Source of the DNA: an uncultured virus (IMG/VR IMGVR_UViG_3300034069_001183) | Taxonomy: Duplodnaviria > Heunggongvirae > Uroviricota > Caudoviricetes | Virus record (IMG/VR): IMGVR_UViG_3300034069_001183 | Length of the DNA: 64,000 bases | Direction: 5' to 3' (one strand) | Shown here: positions 58,118-64,000 of the stretch, piece by piece | Layout of the letters: each line of letters starts with the position of its first letter | How positions within the stretch are numbered: the stretch's first letter is position 1 | Notes under the pieces: generated by a model | Told to the model about the DNA's origin: nothing | The model's database searches: none | Seen by the model: the letters and a program-made list of their open reading frames with translations, nothing else | Made by a program: the position numbers and the translations under genes

Positions 58118-58863
58118 AAGGCAAAATAATATGGACTAAACGCACGGACATAATTTTCATCGAGGAGACTGACGCATCTAACCTCCGTAGGACCTATATA
58201 CTCTGCGTCATGATTCGATGTGTGTAAGTGTCCGTGAATATTAAGGTCCGGTTTCATATCTTCTAGTAATGTTCTGATCTCTTTATTACCAACTGAACTG
58301 CCTCCCCAATAAACATCAGGCTGAAGGACAATATCACTACAACCATAAGGAGCATCATGAGTAATAACAAGAGACTTAACTGTGTAACCATCAAACTCCT
58401 TCTCCAGTGCAGACTTTGATTTACCTCTTACCTTGTCAAATTCCTCCCTCTGATACTCTGGCGTGTACATAAAAGCCCAATCACCAAAGATCTTACACAT
58501 AGGAGAACCATACACATACACAAGATGGTTTGGTAGGTCATCGTCAAGTAAGAGAGTACTGGAATTGCATAAATAAGTAGTACGAGGACCTAAAGCACCT
58601 ACGATTTTATCCAGACTCTTATTGTACATGTAAAAGTCATGATTTCCCGCCACTAACAATACCTTTTTCTTCACAGGCAGGCTATCAATCCACTCCTGAT
58701 AATCCTTCTTTAACCACTTCTCAACCTTTCTGTCATCTTGTTGAATATTAAGAGGCACTAAGTCACCCGCAATAATAAGATAATCAACCTCCTTATCTAG
58801 ACTCACCCCAAGATCTCCATGTAAGTCTGAGATCGCCGCAAAACTAATATTATTCTTCTTCAT
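58114..58863 (-). CDS. Calcineurin-like metallophosphoesterase
   Basis: SDLHG, AGD, GNHD, ITH and HGHLH. Confidence 0.85.
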   Translation of the reverse strand: MKKNNISFAAISDLHGDLGVSLDKEVDYLIIAGDLVPLNIQQDDRKVEKWLKKDYQEWIDSLPVKKKVLLVAGNHDFYMYNKSLDKIVGALGPRTTYLCNSSTLLLDDDLPNHLVYVYGSPMCKIFGDWAFMYTPEYQREEFDKVRGKSKSALEKEFDGYTVKSLVITHDAPYGCSDIVLQPDVYWGGSSVGNKEIRTLLEDMKPDLNIHGHLHTSNHDAEYIGPTEVRCVSLLDENYVRAFSPYYFAL

Positions 58864-59242
58864 CTTCTACTACTCTAACTGGTATATTCTTTTTCCTTGC
58901 TATATCAATCATCATCTCAGTTCCCTTATTCTCAGCATACGCACTCTTAAAGGCAATCACTGCGTTAGCCGTCTCTGCCATCTGTAAGTTCCTGAGATAA
59001 CCCGCCTTCTTACCATGCTTCTTCCAATCCGCCGGAAATACCTCACACCTAAGACCATACTCGCCGGCAAACTTCTCACCTAGTTTATCAGCACCCTCAG
59101 CATGACCAGATATGACAACAACCTCTAATGATAAGTCGGACATCTTTTTTCCTAGGTAGTACAGACACTTCTTCTTTAACCGAGCATAATCCGTATAACT
59201 CCTACTACCTGCAATAATAACTCTAAACTGATTTACTTTCAT
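58850..59242 (-). CDS. YspA/SLOG-family (DUF2493-like) protein
   Basis: IIAGSR, SGHAEGAD, ADWKKHGKKAGYLRN and KGT. Confidence 0.8.
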   Translation of the reverse strand: MKVNQFRVIIAGSRSYTDYARLKKKCLYYLGKKMSDLSLEVVVISGHAEGADKLGEKFAGEYGLRCEVFPADWKKHGKKAGYLRNLQMAETANAVIAFKSAYAENKGTEMMIDIARKKNIPVRVVEDEEE

Positions 59243-59466
59243 CGCAATATATAATGTAATTAATTCTCACACTAATAAGGAACAAGGGACAGGAAGTATG
59301 CAAGATTGACAGTTTTAAATATTCTAGGTTCTAATACTACTTGTCATAATGGAAAAAATTTGTAATGATCTCATCTCAAAAGACTTATCTATGATAAGGG
59401 GCTTAAGTAAGTCTATAAAAAGGCCATGCTTAAGCTCAAAATAATTAATAAAAAGAAGAATAATTT

Positions 59467-60731
59467 ATGGTTTACTTTTTGGAAACGCTCGCTGGTGATA
59501 GCGTACACGAGCCGGTTATCGTAGTTAAGATTGGATTCTCTGAGAATTTTAAGAAGAGACTAAAGGATTATAAGTCTACTAATTATATTTTCAGAGTAAT
59601 GAAAGTTCTATCTGATAAGAGCTTTGATAGGAAGTGTGAAAAAATACTACATTACTATTTAGACACTCTATTGGTAAGAGATATAAGAATCAGGTTGAAG
59701 TTTTTATATTAGATGATGAAGTAGAAAAGCTTATAGAAAGTATCAACACTAGGGAAGATATCTTAAGATTGCAGGGAAAATTGAGTGGTAAGAGGCAAAA
59801 TTTTAATGTTTACTTAAGAAAATCAAGTGGTAGGAAACGAGATTTTAATAAACATCTGAAAAGGTATAAAGGAATACTACTTAAGAATTGGAGGTTAATA
59901 GAAAAATCTTATAGTGGGGACCTAGAGGGATTAATAAATCATTTCATTGATTCCGGATTAGATGATATATTTAAGTTCATAAAAGACTATTATAACGTTG
60001 ACCTCTTAGATTATACCGACGACGAAAAGGGACTACTTAACGAATTCTTTGATAAGTACAATAAGATAGAAACAAGGCAGAAAAAGTTGAAGTTCTTGTG
60101 CGAAAAACTTCCGACTTTTAATGAACTGGAGAGAACTTGCATATTGGAAAGTGTTACAGAGACTCTTTTTCAAGAATACATTGAGATACTAGGTCTTGAT
60201 GAGTGTAAAGCACAGGGATATAATACATCATTTCTAAACAAGAAATTGAATATCGTAGGGTTTGATGAAACTCTGCTAAATGATACTATATACAATGAAT
60301 TTAAAGTGGGGCATTCTTATTCAAACCCTTACATTAAACAGAAGCTAGGTGAGATATATAAGGATAATAATTACAGAGCTACCGCAAAAGCAGTTGATCT
60401 GGATAAGTACTTTGAAACTAAACATGGGAGAGTAGTAAAAGATAAAACAGGTAAGTGGGTAAATGGAATCTGTATACTGAGTAAGAAAACAGATAATGTA
60501 GAGTTTGATAAAGAAAAATTAAAGGATGATATTTATAACGAATTTATAGTAGGTAATTCTTATTCAACCACTTATGTAAAACAGAAACTAGGGAAAATAT
60601 ATAGTCAGAGGAGTTACAGAACTACTGCAAAATCTGTCGATCTAGATGAGTTCTTTAACACCAAACGTAAGAGTGTTAAAGATGAAACAGGTAAGTGGAT
60701 AAATGGAATCTGCATAGTTAGTAAGAAATAA
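59467..60731 (+). pseudogene. T5orf172/GIY-YIG-like nuclease fused to a duplicated helicase-type C-terminal domain; frameshift near 59665
   Basis: VKIGFS...RL..Y; removing 2 nt at GACAC joins ORFs 59467 and 59769; C-terminus resembles 61245..63311. Confidence 0.65.
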
Positions 60732-60823
60732 ACATAGGGAGTAGGTTAGGCTGTTTGTCCTACTCTTTTTTTTTCACTACGAAGCTCTTAATATTATAGG
60801 GTCGGGTAAGCCTGCAGCTCCCC

Positions 60824-60968
60824 TCCCCGCCTTCCCGTTGCCACAATATGAACCTCCCTCGTTACCACTCAGGAGAACCCTATTGAACCCGGGGAAGGTA
60901 TTCACCTTATGTGGCGTCGCCGGCAGAGCACGGCTCGACGGTCCTAAGGGTAAACTTGAAAATACCCC
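60824..60968. repeat. Conserved structured element, copy B (upstream of helicase-like gene)
   Basis: Homologous to 4683-4830. Confidence 0.85.
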
Positions 60969-61244
60969 TGAAGTACATCTGTGGTTAGGATACAGGAAAA
61001 TACCGAGCGCCAGCGAAGGGATTTTGTATGAACTCTACAGATGAATATAGGGGTGACTATTTCCAAAATCGGCATATATTCTTTACGTACTCTGTCAAAA
61101 AATTCAATGAATTTGGTAAAATTGTAGTAGTGGTGTTCTAAAAGACTTATCTATGTAATAGATAGGGGCATTAAGCGGGCCGCTGCCAAAAAAGGCCGCT
61201 TAAGCCCGGAAACATATTCATTAACATTTTAAAAATAATTTATT

Positions 61245-63311
61245 ATGACAGAAGAAGGAGCAATCGTAGTAGAAGTACCTAAGGGATATAGGTACATCTC
61301 AGAAATCCCAGACTTTAAAATTAATGATTTCCCACACATCCTGAACAAACAAATACCGGGATGTGGTTTCACAGAGTACTGTATTGACCCTGCTAAAAAC
61401 AGTGAAGATATAATACTATGTAGTCCTAGAAAGATCTTACTAAAAAATAAGTATGATCAACACGTAGGAGATGTATTCTTAGTTGAAAATAAGTATGAAC
61501 AAGAAACAAGGACTGATAAAGACCTTACAAAGATAGAGAAAGAGAGGGGTGGAAGTATCTTTACAGAGGAAAAAGTGCCGACAAAAGAAGAAATTGAACA
61601 AGCTGAAAAAGAAAAGGTAGGTTTCTTCAATGGTCTTAGGGAGGACTTGAAGAAATATATCATAGGCTGTAGATTTCTCAAGAAGCCAGTTAAAATCTTA
61701 GTTACCTACGACTCATTCAGGATTGTCAAGGATATTATTAAGAGCATTGATGAACTTGATGATTTTAGGGTGATCGTAGATGAGTTTCAAAGTATCTTCA
61801 CAGACAGTAGATTCAAACCCGACACAGAAATGGTATTCGTTAAGAACCTACAAGAAGTGAAGAAGCTCTGTTATGTAAGTGCAACTCCGATGATGAAAAA
61901 GTATTTAAGTCAGTTGGAGGAATTTAAAGATCTTCCCTACTACGAACTAGATTGGGAAGCGCTTGACCCTGATAGGGTAAGGAAGCCGAAACTTACTCTA
62001 AAAGGTATGAAGGCTATGTATACAGTAGTTGGTCCTATTATTAAAAAATATCTAGAAGGTGATTTTAGCTATAGATTTGTAAAGGGTGCTGGTGGCGGTG
62101 AGGTAGTAAAGGTAGAATCAAAGGAGGTTGTATTCTATGTTAACTCCGTCGCCAATATTACTAACTTAATAAAAAGAGCAAAATTAGGACCTGATCAAGT
62201 AAATATCTTAGTAGCCAATACACAGGATAACGCAAATAAGATAAAGAAAAGGTTAGGTACTAAATATAAGATTGGTACAGTTCCATTAAGGGATGAACCA
62301 AGGAAGATGTTTACTTTCTGTACCAGGACTGTTTACTTGGGGGCTGACTTTTATTCTGATAATGCACAGACGGTAGTACTTAGTGATGCCAACCTAGAAA
62401 CCCTTGCAGTTGATATTTCTCTAGATCTTCCACAAATTTTAGGTAGGCAAAGGCTTAGAGAAAATCCTTGGAAAGACGAAGCAACTGTTTATTTCAGGCA
62501 CCTACTGGATAAAAATAAGATAAACGAAAAAAGTTTTGACGAGAGAATAGACTGGAAGCTTAAGAAGACTGGTAACCTGCTTACTATATTTGACGAGACA
62601 AGAAATGTATTGAAGGGAGATTTATCAGAGGCATACCAAAAAATAGCAAGAACCTTCAATTATAAGGACGATTATGTAGCAGTGAATGTAGAAGAAGATC
62701 CAGAAACGGGAGGTCCAAAACTTATACCTGTTCTAAATAACTTAGTACTGGTATCAGAGAGACGTGCTTTTGATATGCAACAGACAGAGTATGCAGATCG
62801 ATTTACAGTCTTTAATGAGGTCGGTAAGGTATCTACTATTGAAGCGATGAGTGATAAAGTATCTGAGTTCTTCGAAGAGTATGACAAGATAGATACTAGG
62901 CAGAAGAAGTTAAAATTCTTGTGCGAAAGTTATAATAATTTTGACAAGAGTGAGTGGAGATATATACTTGACAACTTAACAGAACTTCACTTTCAAGAAT
63001 ATATAGAAGTACTGGGTCTTGATGAATGTAAGGCGCAGGCATATAATACTTTCCTACTTAATAAAAAACTTGATATCTTGAGTTTTGATAAGAATTCATT
63101 AAAAGAAGATATCTATAATGAATTTAAAGTAGGCCAGTCTTATCCAAACCCATACATTAAACAAAAACTAGGAGAAATATATAACAGGAAAGAATACAGA
63201 GCTACACCAAAGACTACTGATCTGATTGAGTACTTTGATATAAAACAGAAGAAAATAAAAGATGAAACTGATAAGTGGGTTCATGGTGTTGTAATCATAA
63301 GCAAGAAATAA
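61245..63311 (+). CDS. SF2 helicase-like protein (degenerate Walker A); paralog 2
   Basis: Same motifs as 5141..7183, colinear over the full length. Confidence 0.75.
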   Translation: MTEEGAIVVEVPKGYRYISEIPDFKINDFPHILNKQIPGCGFTEYCIDPAKNSEDIILCSPRKILLKNKYDQHVGDVFLVENKYEQETRTDKDLTKIEKERGGSIFTEEKVPTKEEIEQAEKEKVGFFNGLREDLKKYIIGCRFLKKPVKILVTYDSFRIVKDIIKSIDELDDFRVIVDEFQSIFTDSRFKPDTEMVFVKNLQEVKKLCYVSATPMMKKYLSQLEEFKDLPYYELDWEALDPDRVRKPKLTLKGMKAMYTVVGPIIKKYLEGDFSYRFVKGAGGGEVVKVESKEVVFYVNSVANITNLIKRAKLGPDQVNILVANTQDNANKIKKRLGTKYKIGTVPLRDEPRKMFTFCTRTVYLGADFYSDNAQTVVLSDANLETLAVDISLDLPQILGRQRLRENPWKDEATVYFRHLLDKNKINEKSFDERIDWKLKKTGNLLTIFDETRNVLKGDLSEAYQKIARTFNYKDDYVAVNVEEDPETGGPKLIPVLNNLVLVSERRAFDMQQTEYADRFTVFNEVGKVSTIEAMSDKVSEFFEEYDKIDTRQKKLKFLCESYNNFDKSEWRYILDNLTELHFQEYIEVLGLDECKAQAYNTFLLNKKLDILSFDKNSLKEDIYNEFKVGQSYPNPYIKQKLGEIYNRKEYRATPKTTDLIEYFDIKQKKIKDETDKWVHGVVIISKK

Positions 63312-63362
63312 AAAGCATAGAGAATAGGTTAGACGATTATGTTCTATCCTACTCTCTTTTTT

Positions 63363-63956
63363 TTATTCCCCTATGAAGTTCTTGATTAATTCTGCTTCCT
63401 TACCTTTTTCTATGATCCCCGCTTTTACATTACTATATCCCATCTTGCTAATCTTCTCCACTAATTCTCGGTCTGCTTCATTATAGAGGACATAGTAGAT
63501 AAAATTTCCCAAGTCTCTGTGTGTGTAGATATAGTCAAGTATTCCGAAGTGTATATCAAACAGGTTACCTCCCGCTGTATCAATTAAGAAGACGTCGGTA
63601 TCATGTTCTTTCAGTTTCTTATCGGTACTACTTAGTTGGTATTTCAGTCCAAGTTCTTTCTTTATGGTTCTTCTAAATTCTTTACTATCAAACACTGCCT
63701 CTCCTGTGTGATGAAATAATACTTGTTGTGGTCTTTGTATTTCATCGAACCTAGTATTAAAAGTTGAGGGTGTTATTTTAAAGCACAGGTATTCTCTTTG
63801 TGACCCAGGGAGAATGCTTTTATACAGGTGAACATCGCTAAATTGTGCGTCATCAAAATCTGTGAGTCCTAGTGTTCCTCTAAAAAACCTCACGATAGAA
63901 TCTGACGCAAGTTTTTCGAAGTTAGCACAATCTCTCTGTTTAATACCCGACTTCAA
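63363..63956 (-). CDS. Hypothetical protein (may extend beyond the window)
   Basis: ORF near the window edge. Confidence 0.55.
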   Translation of the reverse strand: MKSGIKQRDCANFEKLASDSIVRFFRGTLGLTDFDDAQFSDVHLYKSILPGSQREYLCFKITPSTFNTRFDEIQRPQQVLFHHTGEAVFDSKEFRRTIKKELGLKYQLSSTDKKLKEHDTDVFLIDTAGGNLFDIHFGILDYIYTHRDLGNFIYYVLYNEADRELVEKISKMGYSNVKAGIIEKGKEAELIKNFIGE

Positions 63957-64000
63957 GATAAATTGTTCAGTGACTGTAAATTGTTTTGTTGTTCTGAGCC

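Noticed and set aside
60838..61044. 68-aa ORF over the conserved element
   Set aside because: The frame is not preserved in copy A (indels), it has a TTG start, and substitutions follow base pairing rather than codons.
1..64000. Stop-codon reassignment (TAG to Gln, code 15) as in Lak megaphages
   Set aside because: Long ORFs tile the window under code 11 and several genes end cleanly in TAG; only one internal TAG was found.

Overview
An AT-rich, gene-dense segment of a large (probably jumbo) dsDNA bacteriophage, read with the standard code 11. A-rich start regions without Shine-Dalgarno sequences suggest a Bacteroidota (Prevotella/Bacteroides-like) host; this is inference. Recognisable proteins: two paralogous SF2 helicase-like proteins with a degenerate Walker A; a MoxR AAA+/VWA pair; RNase HI; a putative virion protein with a C-terminal GDPD domain; an M15A endolysin; Nudix; a TIGR02452/PARG-like macrodomain; a phiEco32-type amidoligase/GATase operon; an M42 peptidase; NadD; IF-1; radical SAM; endonuclease V; a metallophosphoesterase; SLOG; and T5orf172/GIY-YIG-like nucleases. 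A phage-specific promoter-like motif (CC-N6-7-CTTA-N4-TG) recurs about 30 times. The most interesting signal is non-coding: (1) a conserved, covarying ~148-bp GC-rich structured element upstream of both helicase-like genes; (2) several promoter-driven small RNAs carrying the reverse complement of translation-initiation regions; (3) a type III hammerhead ribozyme and a ~630-nt structured RNA inside a 3.2-kb module bracketed by direct repeats; (4) two tRNA-like structures; (5) several probable frameshift or nonsense switches (a G7 tract, an AC duplication, an in-frame TAG). All family assignments come from reading motifs by eye; no database searches were run.
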